This document shows, piece after piece, positions 11,732 to 26,029 of a DNA stretch of 64,000 nucleotides. Source of the DNA: Camelus dromedarius (Eukaryota); contig NC_087437.1 in assembly GCF_036321535.1 (NCBI RefSeq), positions 82,958,001 through 83,022,000 of the forward strand, in the 5' to 3' direction. The first letter of the stretch is position 1; every line of letters starts with the position of its first letter. The notes beneath the pieces were generated by a model. It searched no databases. It had not been told where the DNA came from and was given only the letters and a program-made list of their open reading frames with translations. Made by a program: the position numbers and the translations under genes.

Positions 11732-14700
11732 TATTTGTTTGTTTTTGAAAGAGAGTTTGGGCTTCTCCTCAGAGGATTAGTAGGACTTTGGAGCACCCCT
11801 AAAAGTGTCATCAAGTACATCTGTCAGTCAATTTTTATACAGAAAAATATAAATTAATACTTTAAAATAATTAACCTCAACCCAGACCTATTTCTTACTC
11901 CCCAGAATACCTAGAAGATTGTGGAAGAGAGAAGGGCTATCTGACAGAAAACCCTAGTCCATTTTTATTTATCAACTGTAATTCAATAACCGGAATTATG
12001 TAATAGATTACTTAATTAAATTGTGAGCTTGTAATGTTCTCTATTGTTCCATGTGACTTAACATTAATATCTCCAACTAGATTATAAACTCTTTGAGGTC
12101 ATGATAATGCTTTAATACTTCAGTGCATTTGTTGATTATTTCAAAAACTCAAAAAAAAAAAAAACCAACAACAACTATGTTCTCTCAGGCTGATGGGTTA
12201 CAGAGAGAGGAAAGTGAACTAGTATTTCTATTCAATCAGTCTATGTCTGACACTTGATAGACAGCCTCTCTCATAATTCTTCACATCCCTCTGAGGTAGA
12301 AATCATCACCCTCATTTCAGTGATGAAGCAACTGAGTGACATTTGAAGAAGTTAGCCAACTTGTCCTAGGTCACTCTGCCAGGACATGTGGGAGCCATAA
12401 TGAAAACCAGCTCTGTATTTATCCAAAGTCTATCCTTTCTATAAATTTATAAAATTTACTTATTAATCTAATATCTATCTATTTCCATATGATAAGATTT
12501 AGTTTTCACATATTCATTTACTCATCATCATTTCCTGTCTCAAATAAACTCCAAACCTGAAGTATTAGATTATTAACAAGGTACTAAGTGAAAATATTGG
12601 TAATCTAGAATGGAGAAAAGATAAAACCAACACTTCTTTCTTGGTTAGTCACAAAAATCAAACTACAGCAATTCTATAAATTTCCCACTCCCTTTCAAAG
12701 GCCTGGATTAGGATGAGGCGAAGAACCACCACGAAGCCTAATCCAACAAATTATCTTGGTCAGGCCAGACAGACTGAGGGGAAGTTTCTGGTTCGCTGAC
12801 CCTAGAGCAGCCCTGGGAACTAGGGCAGAGGGCAAAGCAGGTGACCGGGAGGATCTGTGAGTCTTCCCTGTTCTCTGCAGAACTGATTTCCCATCTGCCA
12901 GACAGTCAGTAAGTGTCTGGCCTCCCAGGGAAACCTGCCAGTATCGTTTCCTACTTGGCTCTGCTGTATGGGGTCCAGAGGAAACTTGTTTATGTCGCCT
13001 TTCCCCTGGAACCACCCACTCCAAAGGCAGAAATGACATATGGGGCAGGGAAGCAAGGTGGAACTGAACACTGAAAGGAGGTGGTATTTGGGAAAGCCCT
13101 TTGGTGCACGTCCTGGAAGTGGGTCAGAAAGTAAGTTAGACTGCACAAAGTGCCTGAAACTGGACAGGGAGTTTGTTGTAATCAAGAGCCCAAGTCCCTG
13201 GACCGGAGGGGAGGAGGGTGTGTCCTCAGAGAAGGTAGACTGTACTGATGCAATCAGTGACATGACAGCAACTGAACTTGGCTTAGTCTCTGCTAGTCCC
13301 ATTGAGAGGCCAGAAGCATTTGCCCTGTGCTGTTTTCCAGTCTGCTCTAAAAAGTATTCTGTCATAGCAGAATTGACAGTAATTAAGCACTGTCCACGTT
13401 TCCCATCCATTGCCCTATATATACATTTCTTTCTTCAATGTTTCCCTGTTTTCTCCCTCTCTCTTATTTTTCCTTTATTTATGTATTCCCTTTAACTGCT
13501 GACACCTACAGATGCTGCATGTAATGTCTTCAGAACAAAAAGACTGTCACTTCTTTGAAGATATGGACCAAGCCTATTGTAGGAGGTGCCCATATATATA
13601 GATTTATAAGATTTACTTATTAATCTTATTGTATGTATGTATGTATCTATCAGGTTCACAGAATTTTCCATTGGCTCAGGGAATTTATTTTGCTACATGA
13701 AGAGTTAAATTAGGAGTTTTTATCGTTGATGCTATGAGAAACTGAACTTTAACTTCACTGAGGGCTGCTGAAGAGTGACTAACTGTATGTGCTAGGTGAA
13801 CTGTTAGAGTAACTGAAGGAAGTATTGATAAGGAATTATGAAGAACACAGTGTCAGATCAAGCCTGATCAAGAATTATGAAAAACAAGATGTTAGAGTCA
13901 GCTCGATGTAACTCCTGATGCAAATTGAATAACTGCTGATGCTTTACTAAAAGCAAGATGATGAACTGCACTTCAGTTCCACTTACATAGAGCTGAATAT
14001 CCATAGTCACTTGCTATCTTGCATGAATTCAGGGGTTTGTTTTGTTTACTTGGTTCTGCTCAATAATAAACTTAACTAATTTATATTTATGAATTGGCAT
14101 TCACTTGGGTTTTCATTTCTTTTCCTCCACAACAATGTTGAATAAATACTATGTTTGCTGGTTTGGGAATCAGATGAGCCTGAGTTCAAATTCCCTGTTC
14201 TGCAATCTACCAGCAGGAATATCCGGTAAGTTTTAGACTCCCTGATTCTCAGTTTCCTCTTTTGTAACATTGGAATGATAATAGCTACCTTGCAGGATTG
14301 TCTTAAGTATTAGAGGTGCTTGTGGAAAGCCTCTGATATACAGTGCTTATTACCCACTACGTTTTCTGAAAATAAGAATACTGCTTATTATAAATTAGGT
14401 AAATTAGGAGGTGGTTTTTGGCATGAAATATTATGTCACCATTTAAAACAAAATTTCTGAAGACTATTACTATGGAACAAATGCTTATGGTACAATATGA
14501 AGTATAAAGGCAGGTTACAAAACCTGATGTGCAGAATGACTTAAACAAAGTAGATAAAGCCTCCGCAAGAAAGAAATGTTTGCAAGGACACATACCAATA
14601 TGTAAAAGTGAGTGTGTTGGCAACGTACTGCCTTTTGCTTGTTAGCAGAGCATGGCTCCTATGATGTAGGTTGGAAATGGCAGGTGCTCCTCCTTGCAGC

Positions 14701-15027
14701 TGGGGAACCAGTAGCAGATTCAATTCTGGCCAGTGGAAAATAAAAAGTCTGGGAAAGGATTTCTTCTGTTAAAAAAAAAAAAAAGACATTTGGAGAAACA
14801 TCCATTTTAGGGGTCCAAATATTGTCATACTTACTTACAACGCCTCAAACAGGGGGAGCCATTGTGCAAGCATGAGAGTACTGAGCCAATGACCAAGGAT
14901 GGTGGCGGGAGAGTCTTGCCACCTGAAGCAATTGTTGAGCTTCTCTGAGAAACCTGGAAACATCTTCCTCCAGACTTCTTGGATGTAAAGTAGGAAACTC
15001 CTGTTTTCATCTTATCTTTTTTTGAAC

Positions 15028-15106
15028 TTTTTTTTAATGGAGGTATTGAACCCAGGACCTCATGCATGCTAAGCATGTGCTCTGCCACTGAGCTATACCC
15101 TTACCC
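15028..15106 (-). mobile_element. tRNA-Ala-derived SINE
   Basis: gaacccaggacctcatgcatgctaagcatgtgctctgccactgagctataccc is the reverse complement of the SINE head. Confidence 0.85.
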
Positions 15107-15617
15107 TCCAAGAAACCACTGTTTTTTTAAGCCACTTTTGGTAGTGTATCCTGTTGTTTGAAGCTGAATACACACTAAGTGATCTGAAAAATCTAGCTAT
15201 TTAAAAATGCAATTAAAATTTTTTCCTCAAGTTTTCCACTTTTGAAGATTTCCAAATCTTTAAATTGGGGAAAAGTATCTTAAACAGTAAGTAATTCAAT
15301 CTTAACATTGTAATTTATTGGTGTGATTTGACCTTAATTGAAGGATGGCTTCCAAGAGCTATTGAGTAATTATTTCCTCTCTTCCCTCCACACCCTTGTG
15401 ATCCTTCAAGATACTTTGTGTGTCACCACTCTGATTGCTACCAAGCAAATCAGTAAAATGTTATCTCAGTTTTGACCAAAGTGTTGGCTATGGCATATGT
15501 TAAACAAAATTATTACAAAATAGTAAAGATGAATAGCATTCACTATATTGGCATTTATAGATGGCTACTTTGGGGTTTTTTGTTCAGTGTAATCACCTAT
15601 CATGTCTTCTTTAATTT

Positions 15618-18600
15618 TTTTCCAGTTTTATTGAGATATGATTAACATATAGTACTGTATGAGTTTAAGGTGTACAGCAATATGATCACATTTACATACA
15701 TCATGAAATTACTATCACCAGTTTAGTGAGCATCTGTCAACTCATATAAATACAAAATTAAATCAATAGAAAAAATAATTCTCCTTTGTGATAAAAAGTT
15801 TTAGGATTTACTCTCTTAACTTTCATATATAACATACAGCAATGTTAATTGTATTGATCATGTTGTACATTACATCCTTAGTACTTATTTATAGCTAGAA
15901 GTTTTTACCTCTTGACTGCCTTTATCCAATTTCCCCTGCCTCTGGTAGCCACAAATCTGACCTTTTTCCTATGAGTTTGTTTGATTGCTTAAGTATAATT
16001 GCCTATAACACTATGTTAGTTCCTGTTACATAACATACTGATTCAATAACTCTATACATTTCAAAACAATCACTACCAACAATGTCTAGTTCCCATCTGT
16101 CATCATACGAAGTTATTACATAATTATTGACTGTATGCCCCACACTGTACATTTCATACCTGTGACTCATGTGTTTTGCAACTGGAAATTTGTACCTCTT
16201 AATCTTTCTCACCTATTTCTTTACTTCCCCCACCCCCTTCCCCTCTGGCAGCCACCTATTTCTTCTCTGAATCTATTACTCTGCTTCTATTTTGTTATGT
16301 TTGTTCATTTGTTTTTTTTTTTTTAGATTCCACATACAAGTGAAGTCATACAGAATTTGTCATTATTTGTCTGACTTATTTCTTGTAGTATAATATCCTC
16401 TAGGCCCATCCATGTTGTTATAAATGGCAAGATTTCATTCTTTCTTTATGGTTGAATAATACTCTGTTGTATATATACATACCACATTTTCTTTATCCAT
16501 TCATTTGTCAATGGGCACTTGGGTTGCATATCTCAGTTACTGTAAATAATGCTACAACGAACATAGGGGCACATATACCTTTTCTAATTAATGTTTTTGT
16601 TTTCTTTGGATAAATACCCAGGAGTGGAATTGCTAGGTCATATGGCAGTTCTATTTTTAATATTTTGAAGAATCTCCAAACTGTTTTCCATAGTGGAAAT
16701 AAACCAATTTACATTCCCACCAATGTGCATGAGGGTTCTATTTTCTCCACATTCTCACCTACACTTGTTCGTTGTCTCTTTGATAATAGCCATTCTAACA
16801 TGTGTGAAGCGATACCTCATAGTAGTTTTGATTTACATTTCCCTAATGATTAGTGATGTTGAGCATCTTTTCATGTGCCTGTTGGTCATCTGTATGTTTT
16901 CTTTGGAAAAATGTCTATTCAGATCCTCTGCCCATTTTTGAATCATGTTATTTGTTTTTTGTTGTTGTTGATAGTTTCCTTTGCTGTGTAAGATCTTTTT
17001 AGTTTAATGTAGTCCCATTTATTTGTTTTTGCTTTCCTTCCCCTTGCCTGAGGAGACACAACCAAAAAAATATTGCTAAGATCAATGTCCAAGAGCATAC
17101 TGCCTATGTTTTCCACTAGAAGTTTTAGGGTTTCAGGTCCTACATTTAAATCTTTAATCCATTTTGAATTTGTTTTTGTGCATGGTATGAAAGAGCAGTG
17201 CAGTTTGATTCTTTTGCATGTAGCAGCTGTCCAGTTTACCCAGTACCACTTATTGAAGAGGCTGTCTTTTCATTGTATATTCTTACCTCCTTTATCATTG
17301 ATTAATTGTCCATATAAGTGCGGGTTCACCTATGGGCTCTCAATTCTGTTCCATTGATCGAAGTGTCTGGTTTTTGTACCAGTACTATGCTGCTTTCATA
17401 ACTATTCCTTTGTAGTATAGTTTGAAATCGGGAAACATGATACCTCCAGCTTTGTTCTTTCTCAAGATTGTTTTGGCTATTTGGGGTCTTTTGTGTTTAC
17501 ATACACATTTTAGAATTATTTGTTCGAGGTCTTTGAATAATGCCTTGGTATTTTGATAGGGATTGCATTGAATCTCTGCACTGACTTGGATAGTATGGTC
17601 ATTTTAACAATACTAATTCTTCGACTCCATGAGCACAGTGTATCTTTTCATCAGTTCGTGTCATCTTCAATTTCTTTCATCAGCATCTTGTAGTTTTCTG
17701 AATACAGGTCTTTTACTTCCTTAGCTAGATTTATCCCCAGATACTTTATTCTTTTTGATGAGATGGTAAATGGCATTGCATTCTTAATTTCTTTTTCTGA
17801 TAGTTCATTCTTAGTGTAAAAATGCAACAGATTTCTGTATATTAATTTTGCATCCTGCAACTTTACTGAATTCACTGATGAATAGTAGTTTTTTGGTGGT
17901 GTCTTTAGAATTTTCTAAGTGTAGAATCATGTCATCTGCACACAGTGACAGTTTTATTTTCTCTTTCCAATTTGTATTCCTTTTATTTCTTTTTGTTGCC
18001 TGAGTGCTGTGGCTAGGACTTTCAATACTATGTTGAATAAAAGTGGTGAGAAATGGCGTCCTTGTCTTGCTCCCAATCTTTGAGGAAATGCTTCCAGCTT
18101 TTCACCATTGAGTATGATGTTAGCTAGGGGCTTGTCATATATGGCCTTCATTATGTTGAGGCAAGTTCCCTCTACACACACTTTGTTGAGAGTATTTTTC
18201 ATAAATGGATGCTGAATTCTGTCAAAAGCTTTTTCTGCATCTATTTAGATGATAGTATGGTTTTTATTCTGCAATTTGTTAATATGGTGTACCACATTGA
18301 CTGATGTGGGAATATTAAAGCATCCTTACATCCCTGGGATAAATCCCACTTGATTATGGTAGCATATGATCCTTTAATGTATTGTTGAATTCAGTTTGCT
18401 AATATTTGGTTGAGGATTTTTGCATCTACATTCATCAGTGATATTTGCCTATAATTTTCTTTAATATCTTGTGATATCTTTGTCTAGTTTTGGCATCTGG
18501 GTGATGCTGGCCTCATAGAATGAGTCAGAAGTATTATTTCTGCAATTTTTTGGAATAGTTTGAGGAGGATATGGGTAAACTTGTCTCTACATGTTTGGTA

Positions 18601-21600
18601 AATTCACTTGTGAAGCCATGTGGTCCTGGACTTTTGTTTGTTGGGAGTTATTTTATTACTGATTCAATTTCATTATTGGTAATTGATCCAGAAGATTGGT
18701 TCATACATTCTATTTCTTCCTGGTTCAGTTTGGGAGATTTTACATTTCTAGGAATTTGTCCACTTCTTCTAGGTTGTCCATTTTAAATTGGCATATAGTT
18801 GTTTTTAGTAATCTCTTTTAATTTTTGTATTTCTATGATATTGGTTGTAAGTTCTCCTTTTTCACTTCTGATTTTATGTATTTGGGCCCTCTTTTTTTCT
18901 TGATGAGTCTGGCTAAAGGTTCATCAACTTTGTTTATCTTTTCAAAGAACCAGTTTTAGTTTCATTAATCGTTTCTATTTTTTTTAGTCTCTTTCATTTA
19001 TTTCTGCTCTGATCATTATGATTCCTTTCTGTCTACTAACTTTGTGTTTTGTCTGTTCTTTTTTAGTTCCTTCAGGTTAGGTTGTTTATTTGAGATTTTT
19101 TTTGTTTCTTGAGCTAGTCTTGGATTGCTATAAACTTTTCCTTTAGAATTTCTTTTGCTGTGTCCCATAGATTTTGGGTCATTGTATTTTCATTATTATT
19201 TTTTCCAAGTATATTTTAATTTCTCTGATTTATTCAGTGAGCTATTCGCTGTTCAGTTTATTTTTACTGGTCATATTTTTATTGTTATTTATGTTTATTA
19301 TTTAGCCTAATCATGTTTGTGCTTTTTGCAGTTTTTTTCTTGTAGTTGATTTCTAGTCTCATAGCAAGGTAGCCAGAAAAGATGCTTGATGTGACTTCGG
19401 TTTTCTTACGTTTACTAAGGCTTTTATTGTGGCCTAGCATGTGATCTATCCTGGAGAATGTTCCACGTGCACTTGAAAAGAATGGGTATTGTGCTGCTTT
19501 TGGATGGAACATTCTATATAAAACTATTAAGTTCATCTGGTCTATTATGTCATTTAAGGCCAGTGTTGCCTTATTGATTTTCCATCTGGATGAGTTGCCC
19601 ATTGATGTAAGTAGGGTGTTAAGGTCCCCTATTACTATTGTGTTACTGTCCATTTCTCCCCTTATGTATATAGGTGCTCCTATGTTGGATGCATATATAT
19701 TTACCATTGTTATATCTTCTTCCTGTATTGATCCTTTGATCATTATGTGATGTCCTTCTTTGTCTCTTGTGACAATCTTTGTTTTAAAGTCTATTTTGTC
19801 TGAATAAGTATTGCTACTCCAGCTTTGTTTGTTTGTTTTCATTTGGATAGAATATCTTTTTCCTCACTTCCCCCAGTCTGTGTATGTCTTTAGATTCGAA
19901 GTGACTCTCTTGTAGGTAGCATATACATGGGTCTTGTTTTTGTGTCCATTCATCCACTTAATGTCTTTTGATTGGTGCATTTAGTCCATTTACATTTATA
20001 GTAATTATAGAAAATTATGTACTTATCGCCATTTTCTTAATTGTTTTGGGGTTGTGTTTGTAGTTCTTTTTTAGTCCTTTCTTTTTCTTTTGCTCTCTTC
20101 CTTTGTGATTTGATGACTAAATTTAGTGTTAAAGTTTGGATTTCTTTTTCTTTTCTTTGTGTATCTATTACTTATTTTTGGCTTGTGGTTACCATGAAGT
20201 TTATATACAGCAATCTATATATATGTGATTATTTTAAGTTGCTGATCTCTTAACTTCAAATGCATTTTAACAACCCTGCATTTTCACTTTCCCCTGCTGG
20301 TGATTACTGTTTTAAATTAATATTTTACATATTTTTGCTTTGTGTATCCCTTAACTACTAATCATAGATACAGATGATTTAACTACTTTTGTCTTTCAGT
20401 CATCCTACTAGCTTTATATGTGGTTGATTTACTGCCTTTACTGTATATTTTCCTTTACTAATGAGATTTCCTTTACCTAGAAATTTTCGTATTTCTAGTT
20501 GTGGCCTTTCCTTTTTTGCTTAGAGAAGTACCTTTAACATTTCTTGTAAAGCTGGTTTCACGGTGGTTAACTCTTTTAGCTTTTGCTTGTCTGTAAAACT
20601 TTTTATCTTTCCATCAAATCTGAATAAAAGCCTTGCCAGGTAGAGTGTTCTTGGTTGTAGGTATTTTCCCTTCCAACATTTTAAATATATCATGTCACTC
20701 CCTTCTGGCCTGCAGAGTTTTTGCTGAAGAGTCAGCTAATAGCCTTAATGGAGTTCCCTTGTTGCTTTTCTTTTGATGCTTTTAATACTCTCTCTTCTTT
20801 AATTTTGCCATTTTAATTACAGTATGTCTTAGTGTGGTCTTCTTTGTGTTGATCCTGTTAGGGACTCTCTGTGCTGCCTGGAATTGAGTATCTGTTTCCT
20901 TTCCCAGGTTAAGGAAATTTTCAGCTACTACGTCTTCAAATGTGTGCTCTTCCCCTTTCTCTCTTTCTTCTCCTTCTGGAATCCCTATAATGCAAATGTT
21001 AGTGTGCTTGATGTTGCCCCAGAGGTCTTTGAAATTGTTCTCATTTTTCAAATTTTCTTTTGTTTTTTTCTGTTCAGCTTCAGTGATTTCCACTACCCTG
21101 TCTTCCTGTTTACTGATCTGTATGACCTAATCTGCTGTTGATTTCTTTTAGTGTATTTTTCATTTCAGTTACTGTATTCTTCATCCCTGTTTGGTTCTTC
21201 TTTATATATTCTAATCCTTTGTTTCAAACTTCTAACTTCTCATTTGTTCATACATTTTCTCCTGAGTTCCTTGAGCATCTTTATGTTTATTACCTTGAAC
21301 CTTTATTGGGTAGATTGCTTATCTCCACTTCACATAGTTCTCCTTCTAGGGTTTTATCTTGTTCCTTCATTTGGAACATATTTCTCTGTTGCTCATTTTT
21401 ATCTAATTCACTGTTTTTGTTTCTTTGTATTTGGTGAGTTGGTTACATTTCCCAGTCTTAGAGGAGGAGATTCCTATGTGTTCTCTCTGGTCACCAGAGC
21501 TATCTGCTCTAGAAGTGCCCCCTGTGTCGGCTTCCTGGGCCCTTCTGCTGTAGCAGGTTGACTACTGTGGGTGATGCAGTAGTCATGGCTGGCCCCCAGT

Positions 21601-22504
21601 TCAGTTGGTTGCCTGGACTTGTCTTGTATGGAGGCTGCTGAGCTGCTGGTTGGTGGGGCTGTGACCCTGCCTAGCTATGTGCTTGCACTGAGGTGTTCCT
21701 CTACTTGTGCTGACAGGCTGGTGGGTGGGGCCAGGTCTCAGAGCTGACAAGCTGGAGGGAAGTTTCCAGAATGGTGCCTACCAGCACCAGTGCCCTTATG
21801 GTAGACTAACACCTAAAAATGGCTGTCACCAGCATCTATGTCCCCAAATAGAGTGGCAGTTGCCTTTTACCTCTATGGGAGGCTCTCCAAGATCAGCAGG
21901 TGGGTCTGACCCAGGCTTCTTTCATATTACTGCTTCTGTCCTGAATTTTGGAGCATGTGAGATTTTGTATGCACCCTTTAAGGCTAGTCTCTCTGAATAT
22001 GTGCAGTATATTGTGTATATGTATTTACATGCAATATATTGTCTATGTGCAGTCAAATTGTAACAATTCTACCTAATAAAACTGGAAAAAAAAAAAAAGA
22101 CTACAGTCTCTGTTTCCCACAGCCCTCTGGCTCTCCTGAAAGTAAGCTCTATTATCTTTCAAGGCCAAGTGTTCGGGAGGCTCACCTTCCTTGTGTAGGA
22201 GCCCTGCACTGTGCAGCCAGATTTGGGCTCAGGCCCCTCACTTCTTGTGGAGAACCTCTCCAGCTGAAATTATCCCATTTATGGGTTGCCCACCCAGGAT
22301 TTAGGGTCCTGACTATATTGCATCTCTGCCTCTCCCACCTGTCTTATTGTGATTCCTTCTTTATATTTTTAGGTGCAAAAGATCTTACCTGCTAGTCTTC
22401 ACATCTTTCTCATCAATAGTTGCTCTGTAAATAGTTGTAATTTTGGTGTGCCCATGGGAGGAGGTGAACTCAAGGTCTTCCTACTCCACCACCTTGGCCA
22501 CTCT
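15618..22504 (-). mobile_element. Near full-length inactive LINE-1 (5' UTR about 22504-21430, ORF1 about 21400-20560, ORF2 about 19900-16330, 3' UTR and poly-A to 15618)
   Basis: ORF fragments match L1 ORF1p (NICIIGIPEGEEREKG), endonuclease (GDLNT, FSRIDHMLG) and RT ([21 protein letters not shown]); many stops; 15-bp TSD tgtcttctttaattt (15603-15617) and tgtctcctgtaattt (22505-22519). Confidence 0.93.
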
Positions 22505-25486
22505 TGTCTCCTGTAATTTATGGCACCAAGTAAAAGTCAATAGTCACGATTAAACATGTGAAAAAAAATTTAGCAAACTATTAGAAACAGTAAAATATAT
22601 AATTTTAAAGTTCTTTTTGATCTAATACTTCTCATGGGAGAGCTCCCTGCCCTGTCTTTTTAAAAGCTATATAGTCATAGGAATTTTGCAACGTATTGTT
22701 GAAAACTTATTTTACAGACCAGAAAACTAAGGCCCAGAAAAGTTAGGGGCTGGGGCAAAGATTGCACAACTGACAGAGCAGGAGCTATAATCTAGACCCA
22801 GACCCTCTGATTATCAACCCAGAACTCTTTTATCCAAATATTGAGTATAAAACTTCACAGCAGCCACTCTTCCCATTTAGCTTTTTTAGGGGAATAATTT
22901 TCTTACTAAATGAGCAGTGTTACAGATATCAGTCCTTTATGGTGACAGCATTAAAATTCATAAAAAAGTTCTCCAGATTTTGTTTAATTCAATGCTTTTC
23001 AAAAAAGTGTTCTGCGATTTTTCTCTTTATACTTTAGTAAAATTTTATATATAATAAATTTGTGAATATAATGTCAAAATTAGTGATTTAATATTTAGTT
23101 TGGAAAATACAAACATGGTATTAGTGTTAAATTATGACATTTCTCGTCATATTATTTTAAGCCTTATTAAGTCTGCTTGATTCACAGGATGATAGAAAAC
23201 AATGACAATAGAGAGGACATCAAATAAGGAGCAGATATTCTTTCATTTATTTTCTAATATGGGAAGGTGGGATATCACACCCCAAGAAGATAAATCAGGC
23301 CAAAGTGACATTCAAAGAGACAAAGCATATCTCATTAAAGAGGTGCAATACATGATCTGGGGGAAAATCACTTAAACTCTAAAAACCTTTGTTTTCTCAT
23401 ATGTTAAATAGGGACAATAAAATGCCAATTTCAGAGAGTTGTTTAAAAAATTAAATGAGACAGTTTTTGTAAAACACTTAGCAGAATGCCTGGCATATGT
23501 AAGTAACATTGTAGATGCCACTCTTCCATTACTCACTTTATCTTTCTCTTTACTCTTTCCTCCAACTAATCTTTATATTCTCTCCAACTTTCTTCTCTCC
23601 TTTCCATTTCTGCCCTCTTTTGCCTCTTCCACTCTTCTTTTGCTCATCATTTTTCTCTCCAAATAGTTTTTCATTTTTTTTTTCTGTCCAGATTACATCC
23701 CTAGCCAACCAGGGGCAGCACTCACAGCTAAAGAGTTTTGATTTCAAATCTCTTATATTCCTTTGCCTGAAAGTCGTTATAAATCTTTTTTTTTTCTGTT
23801 TCAATTATACCTCATTTAAAAAAAATGAAGCAAGCAGTTTTAGTACATTACTTGGTTCCTTTGCAGATCTGTATACTCTTTTAAGACCCACATCATTAAA
23901 TTATAGATATTTTAAATTTGCAGTTTATGAAAAACATCAATTTAATTTCTTATGCAGTATAACAAAACAGCTAACTTTCTGAGAACAGATAATGTACCAT
24001 ATCCTGTTCTATGCATTTTATTTTTATTTCCTGACTTACCTATAAGAGCATAACACATGTATTTTACCTAAGAAAGCAAAGCTTCTGACCAGTTTGCTTT
24101 TAAGTTTTTTTGAAAAAAATTATATGCTCAATAAATAAAGTGATGAAAACACAAATTAGTGCATAGAAATTAGCTTGTACACATAATTCCATAATCCTGA
24201 TATAATCAGTTAACATTTTAGTATGAATTCTCATACATGCATACATGTTTTATAGACACATATATCATACAACTGAGATCACACTGCACACACTTTTTTT
24301 TTAACTGCACAATTTTGTGATAGGGTATGTCTTGATGTTGAGATGGTAGCCCATAGATTAGGCTCTAGCAAGGTACCACAGCCATACACAGTCCTTTTGC
24401 TGAAGAAAGTTCATCGTTCCTTTGAAAAGGTCATCATTTCCCAGTGGCCACACATATTCAAATTGCTGTGACAAGGATGACCCATGGTGGTGACAATAAC
24501 AGATTAGGAAGAAGTAACGAAAGATTATTATCCTAAAATCTCTGTAGTAAACTTGTTATTTTGAGGAAGCTAATGAAATATCTCTGGATTTCTATGAACT
24601 GTATCATTAAGCATTCATCTATTAACATTCTCCAAAAGGTGATCTTTTTACTAAGAGAGGCATCTCAGGTGCTCCGAGAAGGTAGCAAATTGAAGAAAAG
24701 ACCTTTATTTAGAGGTCCTAATAGAGCTCCTTACATTGGTATTTCCTGTTTCATATTGCATAAAAATGTAGAAAAGATACAGTGGTAAATTTCTATAAGG
24801 AGGTTTCAAATAACTATGCTGTACACCAGAAACTAACACAACATTGTAAATTAGCTATACTTCAATTTAAAAAAAAAAAAGAACTAATATCCTTGACCTA
24901 ACTTGGAAGAGGCTAAAAACTGCAGGGTTGATACAGGTGAGTAGTGTTTTGGAACAACAGGTGAGGAGACTCTGAAATTCTTAGCGTATGCCACAAGGAG
25001 TTGAGTTACAGACTGTAGATTAGACCAGAGGTAGGTTTAAGGCTGGGAAAAGGAAGGAGAGATAATGATTAGTATGAGTTGAGTTTTTGCAGCAGTCAGA
25101 ATTAAACACATAGTAAATATGTAACAAAGCAGTTGTGAACTCTCTGCCATGGGGATGATGTAACTGGAAAATTCTGTGCCCTTCTTTAATGGGCCCACCC
25201 CTGATTAGTGTTTTAGTAAGGATGGGAAGTTCCACTAGATGAGTAATACAGTCAGTGATTACTCTAAGGAAATCAACAGCAAGTTGACATCGAAAATGTC
25301 AACTGAACTTATCTGAGGAGCCAATAGAGAGGTGAAGGGTGATTTATATCTAAGAGGTGAGCTGGCATCTTGGTGTCCCACTAATTTTACTGTGCAGCTA
25401 ATGTCAACTAGTTTTTTAGATATGTTTGGGTGTCAGTGGTACTTGGGGTTAACATTTTGTGTTACTACTATAAGATCTTTAAAAAA

Positions 25487-25518
<32 letters not shown>

Positions 25519-26029
25519 TTTGTCTTTTTTAGTAATGTGAAGTAGTTCATTGCAAACCAAACCTTCCCTTGAGAATTAGAGATGCTGGGCAATACATAAA
25601 GCCATTGTTAAAAGACATTTGGGAACTATAAAGCCACCAAAGGCTTTGATAGGTCAAGATTCCTGGGAGAAGTTGCATTGGTCAAATTGAGGAACCTCCT
25701 TAAATCTTCTAGACCCCATCTGTTTCTCAGGTCCTCAAACTTATCATTGACATGAGGTCACCACCGCCTCATCAACAAGCCGTGCAGCCTGCCTCAGCCT
25801 CCTCGCAGGAGAGTGCTGGCCTCCAGCGTGGACTCCACTGCTCCTGCCTGCAAAGAGTCATGAAGGATCTCTATGGGAGGCAATGGCAACGCATAATATC
25901 TTGAAATTGTTTGAGGTTACACAGGTGCATACATTTGTCAAAATTAACTGAACTATAAACTTACAATAAGTACATTTTGTTGTATTTAAATTATAACTCA
26001 ATGAAGTCAGTTTAGAAAAGTGAACTTAA

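Noticed and set aside
12820..13495. Overlapping 196-aa and 151-aa ORFs
   Set aside because: No recognisable domain, open on both strands and no supporting splice structure; likely chance ORFs.
19285..21093. Endonuclease and ORF1p-like ORFs as functional genes
   Set aside because: Fragments of a disrupted L1 with many stops and frameshifts.
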